IMG/VR virus record: IMGVR_UViG_3300032295_003131
Location: 1-24,840 of that record
DNA: 24,840 nucleotides
Strand: one strand, 5' to 3'
Source: a virus
Taxonomy: Duplodnaviria; Caudoviricetes
Shown: piece by piece, positions 1 through 9,000 of the stretch
Layout: every line of letters begins with the position of its first letter
Numbering within the stretch: position 1 is the first letter of the stretch
The notes under the pieces: model-generated
The model's database searches: none
What the model was told of the DNA's origin: nothing
What the model saw: only the letters and a program-made list of their open reading frames with translations
Position numbers and translations under genes: made by a program

Positions 1-1
1 A

Positions 2-370
2 CAAGCGAATGGTTTTAGTTCTCAATCAGAGGAAATGAAAACTGCTTACTCTATTTTACAAACGATGACAATCAATCCGTTCCAAAATTTAGTTATTAAC
101 TTCTTAGATACCGCATTAACAATAGGTGGTTATGAATCTACTGAATTATATTTTGAACAATTAACACCATTAGCAATTTTATCTGAAACTGCAGAAGAAA
201 CAGGACAAACAACTCAGCAAGTGCAGGATGATATCAATGAAGAAGGTGAAAACCCAGCAGCAATTGATGATGAAGGTGCAGTTGATACGAATATAGAAGA
301 AGAAACACTAATGCATTACTCAAAAAGTAATCCAAATTTCTCTAAAAACTTTGAAACATATAAATTATAA
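2..370 (+). CDS. Portal protein, C-terminal part (5'-truncated by window)
   Basis: Frame is open from base 2 (QANGFSSQSEEMKTAYSILQTMTINPFQ), resembling the portal C-terminal segment of Bacteroidota phages; acidic tail; lies directly upstream of head-completion genes. Confidence 0.7.
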   Translation, partial: QANGFSSQSEEMKTAYSILQTMTINPFQNLVINFLDTALTIGGYESTELYFEQLTPLAILSETAEETGQTTQQVQDDINEEGENPAAIDDEGAVDTNIEEETLMHYSKSNPNFSKNFETYKL

Positions 371-373
371 CAA

Positions 374-892
374 ATGAGCTACGCACTTTTTATAACAAGA
401 AACGATATTATCAAAAACTCACCATTACAGGGAGCGATTGATGCAGATAGGTTACTACCATTTGTTCGTACTGCGCAAGATAAATACATGCTAAACCTTT
501 TGGGTACGGTATTGTTTTATTATTTGCAGGGACACATTGAAGCAGGGACCGTACCAACACTAAGTGTTTATTATCAGGACCTAATCAATGACCACATTAA
601 ACCAACACTAATTTGGTATTCATGCGTTGAGTATGTTCCATTTAGTTCGGTTCAATTTAAGAGTGAGGGTGCAGTTAAACATCAAAGTGAACAATCAATA
701 TCTCCAGGTAAAAATGAGATTGATTACCTATTACAAAAGTGTTTGAACTCTGCTGATTTTTATGCAACACGTTTGCAAAACTATTTAGTAGCATACTCTA
801 ACCAAATACCACAATACCTTGAAAGTGTTGGTAACTTAACACAGGTTTATCCTGATTTTACAAACCAATATTTCGGAGGTATCCAATTATAA
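374..892 (+). CDS. Head-tail adaptor / head completion protein
   Basis: 172 aa helical protein right after the portal (AQDKYMLNLLGTVLF, HIKPTLIW, FYATRLQNYL); synteny. Confidence 0.6.
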   Translation: MSYALFITRNDIIKNSPLQGAIDADRLLPFVRTAQDKYMLNLLGTVLFYYLQGHIEAGTVPTLSVYYQDLINDHIKPTLIWYSCVEYVPFSSVQFKSEGAVKHQSEQSISPGKNEIDYLLQKCLNSADFYATRLQNYLVAYSNQIPQYLESVGNLTQVYPDFTNQYFGGIQL

Positions 893-896
893 TAAT

Positions 897-1415
897 ATGG
901 GAAACGTAGTAAATAAATTAGGAACTAACTATACATTGTATTACAATGTTTTAGATTATTTTCAAACGATAATGAGTAATCACCCAGCTATCCAAACGGT
1001 TACACAGGGTGATATATTTGAAATTGATGATAGAGAATTCCCTGCGTACCCATTAGGAAATATCCTTATTACAAATGCAGTATTCAGAGATTCGCAAACG
1101 GTATATACATGCCAACTTACAATTGCTGATAAAATTAAATTAAAAAACAATGAAAGCACTGGTGTACATAATAAACAAACTATCCCATTCTACGGAACTG
1201 ATGATGTGGTTGATATACATGCTAACACTCTTGCTATTATTAACGATTTAACATCATACACACAATTCGCAGTTGATAACTTTGAGATTGATGGTGATAT
1301 AAGTTCAGAAGCATTCAAAGACCGTTTTGATAATGGTTTAGGTGGATGGAGTGCTACATTTGATTTAATTACCCACAACGATAGACCTAGATGTATCTAC
1401 GATTTATTAACTTAA
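897..1415 (+). CDS. Putative tail terminator / neck completion protein
   Basis: 172 aa; TQGDIFEID...FPAYPL and EAFKDRFDNGLGGW segments; neck-module position. Confidence 0.55.
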   Translation: MGNVVNKLGTNYTLYYNVLDYFQTIMSNHPAIQTVTQGDIFEIDDREFPAYPLGNILITNAVFRDSQTVYTCQLTIADKIKLKNNESTGVHNKQTIPFYGTDDVVDIHANTLAIINDLTSYTQFAVDNFEIDGDISSEAFKDRFDNGLGGWSATFDLITHNDRPRCIYDLLT

Positions 1416-1416
1416 T

Positions 1417-1836
1417 ATGAAAGTTAAAGAACTTAAACAGGTAGTAAATGTTTTCAAAGAGTTATCCCAACTTTACATTATAAAGAGGGATAAACCTGCT
1501 TATAAAACAGGAAACTTATATAAAAGGGTAGGTTCTTACAACAATATCAGTAATATGGTTACCCAACGTCCTTCACGTGGGAAGAATAAGTTGAAATTAG
1601 ATATAGATGATATCAATATATCCCTCTCATTTGCTCCTCCGGGCGCATTATACGGACGTTATGTCCATGAGGGTACAAAGTATATGGATGCACGTCCATT
1701 TGCGCAGGAAGCTGCCAATGATAGAAGATTTAAGACCGTTGTTGATAAAGCGATGAAGGGTGTAGTGAGGGATAATGTAATTCCTGATATCCGCAAACGT
1801 ATAGATAAAGCGTTTAAGAAACTGAAACCAAAATAG
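1417..1836 (+). CDS. HK97 gp10-like tail completion protein
   Basis: Basic 139 aa protein with TGNL and YGRYVHEGTKYMDARPF motifs typical of the HK97 gp10-like family. Confidence 0.7.
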   Translation: MKVKELKQVVNVFKELSQLYIIKRDKPAYKTGNLYKRVGSYNNISNMVTQRPSRGKNKLKLDIDDINISLSFAPPGALYGRYVHEGTKYMDARPFAQEAANDRRFKTVVDKAMKGVVRDNVIPDIRKRIDKAFKKLKPK

Positions 1837-1839
1837 CAT

Positions 1840-1860
1840 CCGATACGAAATCGGTTTTTT
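1840..1860 (+). terminator. Weak intrinsic terminator overlapping a late-promoter-like motif
   Basis: CCGAT-acgaa-ATCGG followed by T6, right after the stop at 1836. Confidence 0.45.
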
Positions 1861-1870
1861 GGGTTAAATA
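1845..1870 (+). promoter_or_regulatory. Putative late promoter, variant (ACGA-N13-GGTTAAATA)
   Basis: Same 13-nt spacing as the other intergenic ACAA-N13-TGTTA copies, with two mismatches. Confidence 0.45.
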
Positions 1871-1881
1871 ATAAAAAGAAC

Positions 1882-3105
1882 ATGTCATTAAGCATAACTC
1901 AATATCCAGCAACCTGCTCTTTAGCACAATCACCAATGGTGTTTACTGTGTCAGAGAATACAGGGGTAGTATATAGTTCATCATTTCAATATTTCGCAGA
2001 TTTGTATTATTGGGAAGGTGCTCCAAATCAATCAGGTTCCACAGGAGATTACACATTAACGAAGTATCCTAATACCAGTTTGGTGGGTATGTTTGATGTA
2101 AGTAGAATCATAAATTCAACATTAACTAATTTAGCATTTGATGATACATCAAACGTAAAATATTATAAATGCGATTTCTATTGGCAATATAAAAATGCTT
2201 CAAATGTAATTGTATCATCTTCTAAAATTACAACAGGAACTTATAAAGCATTAGATGGATATGGTTTATTTCAGGAACCAATAAATCAACAAATTGTATC
2301 TAAATCAGCTTACTGGCCGATAATGAGTGATGGTCCTGTAACGCAATCTTTTTTAACTGATACATTGGGTTGGATGTCAGTTTACGCAGGTGATGCTGGT
2401 TCAACACAACCTACAAAATTAGTTTATTCAGGTTCATTAGGTAATGCAAATTACACATTAACAAGTAGCCCATCATCATCAGGACAAATAGTTTATTTTC
2501 CAATAGGAACTGGTTGTGATGATTTTCCTTTGAATGCAAATAGTGAATGGTTTAGTGTACAGGCATTTAATGGTAATACACCATTGGGTGCATCAATTCG
2601 TTTTGATAATACATGCCAACAAAAGTATCCAAATGTAAGAATCAAATGGAAAAATAGATATGGACAGTTTGATTATATGAATTTCTATATGGTTAATCGC
2701 CAGGGATTCTCATCAACTAAGAGAACATATCAACCTCAGCTGGGTACATGGCAGGGTACTTCACTAAGTTATCAGGATTATGATAGTTCAACATTAAATT
2801 ATCTTTCAGATAGTAAACAAACTTTAAGTGTAAACACTCCGTATATAAGAGAGGATTACAATGAGATATGGAAACAACTTATGGTTTCTGATGAAATATA
2901 TTGGGTTTATGGTGAAGATTCGGAAGGTGAAGGATTTAACAATGGATTCTCAAACGGATTCGCAGCAGGTGTAACAACAACTGAAGTAGTTAGACCTATC
3001 ACTATTAGAACTGATAGTATTGTATTCAAAACAGGTGTGAACGATAAATTAATTCAATATCAATTTGATTTTGATTGGGGACAAGCATATAAATTAATAA
3101 TATAA
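1882..3105 (+). CDS. Virion structural (distal tail-like) protein
   Basis: 407 aa beta-rich protein; WKNRYGQFDY and QLMVSDEIYW motifs recur in tail proteins of Bacteroidota phages; coupled to the next gene by TAATG. Confidence 0.6.
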   Translation: MSLSITQYPATCSLAQSPMVFTVSENTGVVYSSSFQYFADLYYWEGAPNQSGSTGDYTLTKYPNTSLVGMFDVSRIINSTLTNLAFDDTSNVKYYKCDFYWQYKNASNVIVSSSKITTGTYKALDGYGLFQEPINQQIVSKSAYWPIMSDGPVTQSFLTDTLGWMSVYAGDAGSTQPTKLVYSGSLGNANYTLTSSPSSSGQIVYFPIGTGCDDFPLNANSEWFSVQAFNGNTPLGASIRFDNTCQQKYPNVRIKWKNRYGQFDYMNFYMVNRQGFSSTKRTYQPQLGTWQGTSLSYQDYDSSTLNYLSDSKQTLSVNTPYIREDYNEIWKQLMVSDEIYWVYGEDSEGEGFNNGFSNGFAAGVTTTEVVRPITIRTDSIVFKTGVNDKLIQYQFDFDWGQAYKLII

Positions 3106-5105
3106 TGGGAATAGTTACTACACAAGGTTTTGTATTTAAGTTGGTTGCAAATGGAGAGATTTTAGATTTATTTGCAGATGAAGAAATAAAGTTATCAGAT
3201 AACGTAACAGGTTTATTTGATTTAGGTGTATTACCAACTGATTTTACACGACAAATTAATCTACCAGGTTCAAAAAAGAATAATGCTTTCTTTGAGCACG
3301 TATATGATATTAGTGTACAAAACCCTGATACGTTTGCAACAAATATTAAAGTACCATGTTATTTGGATTTTGATGGTTTGTATTTAGCACAGGGATATCT
3401 ACAACTTAATAAGGTAAATGTTTATGCAAATAAATTTATTGATTCTTATGTTGTATCCATATATGGTGCTTTATCTTCATTTGGTATTCAGATTAATAAA
3501 TCATATTTAACTGATTTAACAAACTTAAACATATACAACCACACTGCATCTTATAATAATATTACTGCATCATGGAGTGGTAGCTTATTTAATGGTGATA
3601 TTGTTTACCCATTAGCTGATTATGGTAGTGGATATCAATTCACATCAGGTCAGTATGAATTATTTGGAATGGATGATGAGAATGGTGCATTATCAGTACA
3701 AAATTTCAAACCTGCAATCCGTATGAAAAAAGTATGGGATGCAATATTTGATTCAGCTGGATACACATATACAGGTTCGTTTATGAATGAACCATTTTTA
3801 GATGATGTTTATTTAGTTTGTAATAACTCATTAAAATATCCTGAATTTTCAGGTATTGATTTAGAGGGATATGGTAAAATAAGAGTTGGTGCAATATCTG
3901 GTAGTGGAATGACCGATAAGGTTTTAGTTGCTGATACATTTACTACACTACCTTGGTATAACGAATTATCAGACCCACAAAACTTTTATACCAATGGTGC
4001 ATATAGGGTTGATAATATGACCAATTTGTTTGGTAAATTAAAGATAAACATAAATGTAAAGTGTCCTGTAAATAATATGCCAGGTACTTTATCAGCAAAT
4101 GGTACATGGCAAATAAGAATGATAGAAACAGGTAGTTCTACTGCTTATTCAACTCGTGCAATACAATCTTATATATTTTTCTTTGACCAATTGCAACAAA
4201 GTAGAAGTGGTGGAATTGATACAACTTATGAATTGGAAACTGAGTTTTTAATGGATGCTATTCCTCCAGGTAATTACTATTTTCAAATAAAACAAAGACC
4301 TAATTCCGCATTAGATACTGCACCAACCGTAACATTAGACCCGCAAGGAACAACTAAATCATTTTTACAAATAAGTGAAGTGAGACAAGCTGCTGATGGT
4401 AGGGTAATGGATATTGCATCTAATATGCCGTTTGGTACTAATGGTATAAAACAAATTGATTTCCTTAAAGGAATTCAAAAGAAATTTAACTTAGTAATAT
4501 ATCCATCTAAAACAGTTAAAAATGAATTCATAGTTGAAACATTTAACAATTGGTATAAGAGTGGAGAAATAAAAGATTTTAATAAATACATTAATTTAGA
4601 TGATAAGATAGAAGTAATTCCAGCTAACAACTTTGCAGTGAATGAGTTAAATTTTGGAGATACGTTAGATACTGATTACATATCTCAACAATTTAGTAAA
4701 GCAGCTAATAGAGAATTTGGTAAACAATATTATACGGATACACAAAATTTCTTTTCACAGGGTAAGTTTGAGGTTAAAACAACTTTAGCATCATCTCCAT
4801 TAATTAAAATAGCTGGAACAGGGTTATCAGGTTCTGTTGGAGGATTAAACCCTACTATTACACAATATAGTGCAGGAACGTATTACTTTACATCAGGAGG
4901 TGCACTGAGTGCATGTGAATCATCTGAGGAAATAGAAATATTTACAGCAAATGGTTTCTTAACATCAGGACAAGTTGGATATTATGACCAATATGGAGCT
5001 AACCCAATTATTGGATATACGTTCTTTAGTAATGGTTTATTAATTTACGGAATAAATTCATCAACAGGAGTATTAGCAACATCATCAGCAAGGTGTAGAA
5101 GATAA
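3105..5105 (+). CDS. Tail hub/baseplate-like protein (appears to lack the usual C-terminal hub segment)
   Basis: 666 aa; LDLFADEEI, FTRQINLPGSKKNN, YPLADYG, FKPAI, FLKGIQKKFNL motifs; ends in a small Cys-bounded domain. Confidence 0.65.
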   Translation: MGIVTTQGFVFKLVANGEILDLFADEEIKLSDNVTGLFDLGVLPTDFTRQINLPGSKKNNAFFEHVYDISVQNPDTFATNIKVPCYLDFDGLYLAQGYLQLNKVNVYANKFIDSYVVSIYGALSSFGIQINKSYLTDLTNLNIYNHTASYNNITASWSGSLFNGDIVYPLADYGSGYQFTSGQYELFGMDDENGALSVQNFKPAIRMKKVWDAIFDSAGYTYTGSFMNEPFLDDVYLVCNNSLKYPEFSGIDLEGYGKIRVGAISGSGMTDKVLVADTFTTLPWYNELSDPQNFYTNGAYRVDNMTNLFGKLKININVKCPVNNMPGTLSANGTWQIRMIETGSSTAYSTRAIQSYIFFFDQLQQSRSGGIDTTYELETEFLMDAIPPGNYYFQIKQRPNSALDTAPTVTLDPQGTTKSFLQISEVRQAADGRVMDIASNMPFGTNGIKQIDFLKGIQKKFNLVIYPSKTVKNEFIVETFNNWYKSGEIKDFNKYINLDDKIEVIPANNFAVNELNFGDTLDTDYISQQFSKAANREFGKQYYTDTQNFFSQGKFEVKTTLASSPLIKIAGTGLSGSVGGLNPTITQYSAGTYYFTSGGALSACESSEEIEIFTANGFLTSGQVGYYDQYGANPIIGYTFFSNGLLIYGINSSTGVLATSSARCRR

Positions 5106-5116
5106 AATAATAATTA

Positions 5117-5620
5117 ATGGCAAATATACCTATTTACATACCAACCTACATTTCAGACCAAACATATAATCCATGTAGAGTACAACCACGTTTATTATTT
5201 TACAATGGAATGGTAAGTTGTGAACCTTGGTATTTAGAAAGCGGTTCAAATACTACTGGAGGAACTGGATTTGAACAAACTGCATTTCCTTATTTTGATA
5301 ATTACAACGTTGTATCAGGTTCATTTCCTACAACTGATAGCAAATCACTTTTATTTTATAATGAAGCATCTGTATATGGTGAGTTACCTACAAACACATT
5401 ATACTCAGATTATTGGAGTAAATATGTTGAGTTAATATATAATCCACGTACACGTTTATTAAATGCATCAACAATAATTCCATTAGCTGATTATTTCAAA
5501 ATGGAATTAAATGATATTGTAGAGTTAAGAGGTAACTATTACCACTTACGTGCTATAAACGATTACAACTTAAAAAATGGTGAGTGTAATATACAATTAT
5601 TAGGTCCTATTTTATCTGAT
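5117..5620 (+). repeat. Diverged direct repeat, copy 1 (~500 bp N-terminal domain)
   Basis: Shares MANIPIYIPTYI, VQPRLL, EQTAFPYFDNYNVV, IIPLADYF, RGNYYHLRAINDY and QLLGPIL with 6379..6880. Confidence 0.9.
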
Positions 5621-6370
5621 GCAGTACCTTTAACTCCACCAACAACAACAACAACTACTAGTACTACTACATCATCAACAACAACAACTACTGCGGTGGT
5701 AAATCCATGTAGATGTTATGAAGTTATATTTGGAGCAAGTGGTGGTGAAATAAACTATAATAATTGTGAAGGTGGAACGTTTAATTATGTATCTATGGGT
5801 GCTTCAGTTTATTATCAATGTGTTCAAGTTATTGGAGGATTAGCACAAATATTTGTAGTAAGTGGAGATGTAACCCTTAGTATAGTAGGTAATTGTTTAA
5901 CTCAAGCATGTCCGCCATCTACAACTACAACAACTGCAGCACCAACAACAACTACAACTACAACTGCAGCAACTACAACTACAACTGCAGCAACTACAAC
6001 TACAACAACTACTGCACCTACAACTGCTACATTATCATGGAGTTTTACTGAATCAATTGGAAGTAGCGGTTATATGGACATATATGTAAATGCTTCAGTT
6101 ATTGAAAGTAGAGTTAATACATCATCAGGAACATATAATCTTCAAATTGGTGATACAATTAATGTTCAGGTTGCATGCTTTACATGTGGTTCACCTAATA
6201 CTTACGCAAATGCATATTCATTCTCAAATAAACCTATTTTAGCAGATGCAGCTTGTGTGAATAATGGTGAAGCAAGTATTCTAACTGCAAATTATACCGT
6301 AGTTAGCGGTGATATTGGAAATACAATTACATTAGATACATTTGCAAGATGTGATAGTGGATGTATATAA
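5117..6370 (+). CDS. Tail fibre-like protein, paralog A (hub-type N-terminal domain, poly-Thr linkers, Cys-rich modules)
   Basis: First ~170 aa are highly similar to those of 6379..8133; two poly-Thr linkers. Confidence 0.65.
   Translation: MANIPIYIPTYISDQTYNPCRVQPRLLFYNGMVSCEPWYLESGSNTTGGTGFEQTAFPYFDNYNVVSGSFPTTDSKSLLFYNEASVYGELPTNTLYSDYWSKYVELIYNPRTRLLNASTIIPLADYFKMELNDIVELRGNYYHLRAINDYNLKNGECNIQLLGPILSDAVPLTPPTTTTTTSTTTSSTTTTTAVVNPCRCYEVIFGASGGEINYNNCEGGTFNYVSMGASVYYQCVQVIGGLAQIFVVSGDVTLSIVGNCLTQACPPSTTTTTAAPTTTTTTTAATTTTTAATTTTTTTAPTTATLSWSFTESIGSSGYMDIYVNASVIESRVNTSSGTYNLQIGDTINVQVACFTCGSPNTYANAYSFSNKPILADAACVNNGEASILTANYTVVSGDIGNTITLDTFARCDSGCI
5917..6030 (+). repeat. ACN-codon low-complexity repeat encoding a poly-Thr/Ala linker
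   Basis: Runs of ACAACT/ACTACA encoding STTTTTAAPTTTTTTTAATTTTTAATTTTTTTAPTT; similar tracts at ~5638-5695 and ~6983-7068. Confidence 0.9.
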
Positions 6371-6378
6371 AATAAATT

Positions 6379-6880
6379 ATGGCAAATATACCAATTTACA
6401 TACCAACTTACATTAATAGTGCGGAATATACACCTGTAAATGTACAACCACGTTTATTGTTTTTCAATGGTATGTTGAATTGTGAAAGTTATTATATAGA
6501 AAGTGCTTCTGCATTTGGAGGTATTGCACGTGAGCAAACCGCATTTCCTTATTTTGATAACTACAATGTAGTTACAGGTTCATTCCCAAGCGTAGATTCT
6601 AAATCACTATTGTTTTATAATGAAGAAGCAGTTTACGGAGAAAAACCAACTGATGGTTTATATTCAGATTATTGGCAAAAATATATTGAGTTAATTTATA
6701 ACCCTAGAACTAAATTGTTAAATGCATCAGCTATAATTCCTTTAGCTGATTATTTTAATATATCTCAAAACGATATTGTTGAATTTAGAGGTAACTATTA
6801 TCACTTAAGAGCAATTAATGATTATAGTTTGAAAAATGGTGAGTGTTCAATTCAGTTATTAGGACCTATTCTACCTGATG
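6379..6880 (+). repeat. Diverged direct repeat, copy 2
   Basis: See 5117..5620; identical nucleotide blocks such as GCATTTCCTTATTTTGATAA. Confidence 0.9.
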
Positions 6881-8133
6881 CATTAAATTTACCAAGTAAG
6901 GGGTATCCATATTGCTTTGGTTACGATGCTACTGATTGTTATATTGCATGTAATACTGCATGTGAATGTAATCCTCCATGTCCTACAAGTACTACAACAA
7001 CTACTGCTGCACCTACTACAACAACTACATCTACTACTAGTACTACATCAACTACAACTACAACCGTAGGTCCATTGGTAATTGAATATATAATTGTAGC
7101 AGGTGGTGGTTCAGGTGGTGGTACATCATATAGTTGGAATGGTGACCCTAATACAATGAGAGTATGGGGTGGTGGTGGAGGTGGTGGACAAGTTATCACA
7201 GGAAGTATGACAGTTTTATCTCCATTAACAATTGGAGTTGGTGAGGGTGGACAAAATATATTGTATCAAAATAATCCACTATTAGTACCTACATATCCTA
7301 CTGGAATTAGTTTCTTTAGTGGTAGTCACGGAAGTATGGGATTCCCATCTTATATTTCAGGAAGTTCAATATTCCAAGTATCTATTGGTGGAGGACAGGG
7401 TGGTACTACTAATAACCCTAATTATGCAGGTTATCCAATACCATTCCCAAATACACAAGCTGTTTTTGGTGGAGCACACTCAAATGGTGGTAATGGTGGA
7501 GGAGCTGCTATTGTAAGTGCTAGTACTGCTACACCATTAATTATTAGTGGTGGATTATCAACAGGTGGTGGATTTAATGGAGCATGGTCTACTGGTTCTA
7601 ATTCATTAGCATTTGGAACTAATAATGCAGGTGGTGGTGCAGGCGCTAGCGCTAATGGTAGTGGTGCTAATGGTGGACGTGGTTATCAATGGTTAGATAA
7701 TAACTACTATGCAGGTGGTGGTGCAGGTCTGACCTCTGATGGTAATTATAGTGCACGATGTCCTAATGGATGTCCTCCTGCTACTGCAGGTATACCTGGT
7801 TTAGGTGGTGGGGGTCCATTTAATACTGATGGTACGCAAAACACAGGTGGTGGTGGGGGTTCTTCATATAGTTCAGAATATCCAGCAAATGGTGGAAAAG
7901 GTGTAGTTAAAATTAGATACTTTGGTACTCCTAGAGCAACAGGTGGAGTAATAACACAAAGTGGTGGATATACATATCATACATTTACTTCATCATTACA
8001 AGGTGGTGCTTACATAGTAGGTGCGGTATCAAGTAGTGCTGGTATAACAGGTGGAACATATAGATTTGATGCACAACAATATAATAATGGAAATTATATG
8101 CCACCATTTACTGCTTCATTTATACCAAATTAA
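6379..8133 (+). CDS. Tail fibre-like protein, paralog B (hub-type N-terminal domain, poly-Thr linker, glycine-rich domain)
   Basis: Duplicated N-terminus; C-terminal Gly-rich domain (IEYIIVAGGGSGG...GGKGVVKIRY...YTYHTFTSS) typical of phage Gly-rich fibre domains. Confidence 0.7.
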   Translation: MANIPIYIPTYINSAEYTPVNVQPRLLFFNGMLNCESYYIESASAFGGIAREQTAFPYFDNYNVVTGSFPSVDSKSLLFYNEEAVYGEKPTDGLYSDYWQKYIELIYNPRTKLLNASAIIPLADYFNISQNDIVEFRGNYYHLRAINDYSLKNGECSIQLLGPILPDALNLPSKGYPYCFGYDATDCYIACNTACECNPPCPTSTTTTTAAPTTTTTSTTSTTSTTTTTVGPLVIEYIIVAGGGSGGGTSYSWNGDPNTMRVWGGGGGGGQVITGSMTVLSPLTIGVGEGGQNILYQNNPLLVPTYPTGISFFSGSHGSMGFPSYISGSSIFQVSIGGGQGGTTNNPNYAGYPIPFPNTQAVFGGAHSNGGNGGGAAIVSASTATPLIISGGLSTGGGFNGAWSTGSNSLAFGTNNAGGGAGASANGSGANGGRGYQWLDNNYYAGGGAGLTSDGNYSARCPNGCPPATAGIPGLGGGGPFNTDGTQNTGGGGGSSYSSEYPANGGKGVVKIRYFGTPRATGGVITQSGGYTYHTFTSSLQGGAYIVGAVSSSAGITGGTYRFDAQQYNNGNYMPPFTASFIPN

Positions 8134-8138
8134 TTTAT

Positions 8139-8954
8139 ATGATAAAGAATATATTTACGGATTGTGAGTACATACGTTTAGGTTGTAAGTTTTATTTAGA
8201 TAGAAATTTAGAAACGATTGCTCCTGCGGGTAAATATTCCGATGGAACTAATTGTTTTAGTGTAGATTCATTAGGTTTAGTTACTTCAGTTAATGCATGT
8301 AGTGAATTTACAACAACTACAAGTACCTCAACTACAAGTACCTCAACTACAAGTACCTCAACTACTACATCAACTACAACCACAACAACTGCAGTTCCTG
8401 ATTATAGAAAGGGAAATTATAATAGTGGATTCCAAGCTAGAGGTAATGGTAGTATTATTAGATTAACGGCTGGACCTGGAGGTAATGGATGTTTAGAAGC
8501 AAATTGGAATTATGGTCCTGGTGCACAAAGTATTGATGGTAGTGGAATAACCGCTTATACTGTTTATACTGCTAGTTTACAATTAACTTCAGGTTCATCA
8601 TATACACCTGATGTAATTATCAATGGAGTATCAGTACCTGGTTTAGTTTGGTGGCCACTTGATGATAATTATGAGTGTGGACAATCTCCATTATTTGTAA
8701 CTAAAATTGAGGGTGGTGTAAGCAGTTCAATTGCAATAATTCCAGGTACATCTATTCCTGTTTCAAATGGTGGTATTGTTGAATATTGGCAATATTTAGG
8801 TGGTGGAGCATATAATCAAAGACCTCCGTATTCTGCAGTAACTGGTAGTGATTTTGTAGAAATACCTGTTACACCTGCACAATATAGTATGTATAAAATT
8901 ATACAAACATTTACATCATCAGGAAATTTCTACTATAACAAATTTACATATTAA
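8139..8954 (+). CDS. Fibre-associated protein with Thr/Ser linker and a divergent Gly-rich-like C-terminal domain
   Basis: N-terminal APAGKYSDG Cys module, TTSTS repeats, C-terminal QTFTSSGNF resembling HTFTSS of the upstream gene. Confidence 0.55.
   Translation: MIKNIFTDCEYIRLGCKFYLDRNLETIAPAGKYSDGTNCFSVDSLGLVTSVNACSEFTTTTSTSTTSTSTTSTSTTTSTTTTTTAVPDYRKGNYNSGFQARGNGSIIRLTAGPGGNGCLEANWNYGPGAQSIDGSGITAYTVYTASLQLTSGSSYTPDVIINGVSVPGLVWWPLDDNYECGQSPLFVTKIEGGVSSSIAIIPGTSIPVSNGGIVEYWQYLGGGAYNQRPPYSAVTGSDFVEIPVTPAQYSMYKIIQTFTSSGNFYYNKFTY
8314..8365 (+). repeat. Perfect 15-bp tandem repeat (CAACTACAAGTACCT) x ~3.5
   Basis: Copies at 8314, 8329, 8344 and a partial copy at 8359; encodes TTSTS units. 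Confidence 0.9.
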
Positions 8955-8956
8955 CC

Positions 8957-8984
8957 ACAAATCTAATTTGAGTTGTTAAAAATA
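8957..8984 (+). promoter_or_regulatory. Putative late promoter ACAA-N13-TGTTA
   Basis: ACAA 8957-8960, TGTTA 8974-8978, in the gap before 9001. Confidence 0.6.
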
Positions 8985-9000
8985 TATAAAACAATATGTT

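Noticed and set aside
5117-6880. DGR template/variable repeat or invertible shufflon
   Set aside because: The repeats are N-terminal, direct and both in intact genes; differences are not adenine-specific; no reverse transcriptase or invertase is in the window
6939-8383. Minus-strand poly-Val ORFs (6939..7199, 8192..8383) and plus-strand 7319..7516
   Set aside because: Shadows of the Thr- and Gly-rich coding repeats
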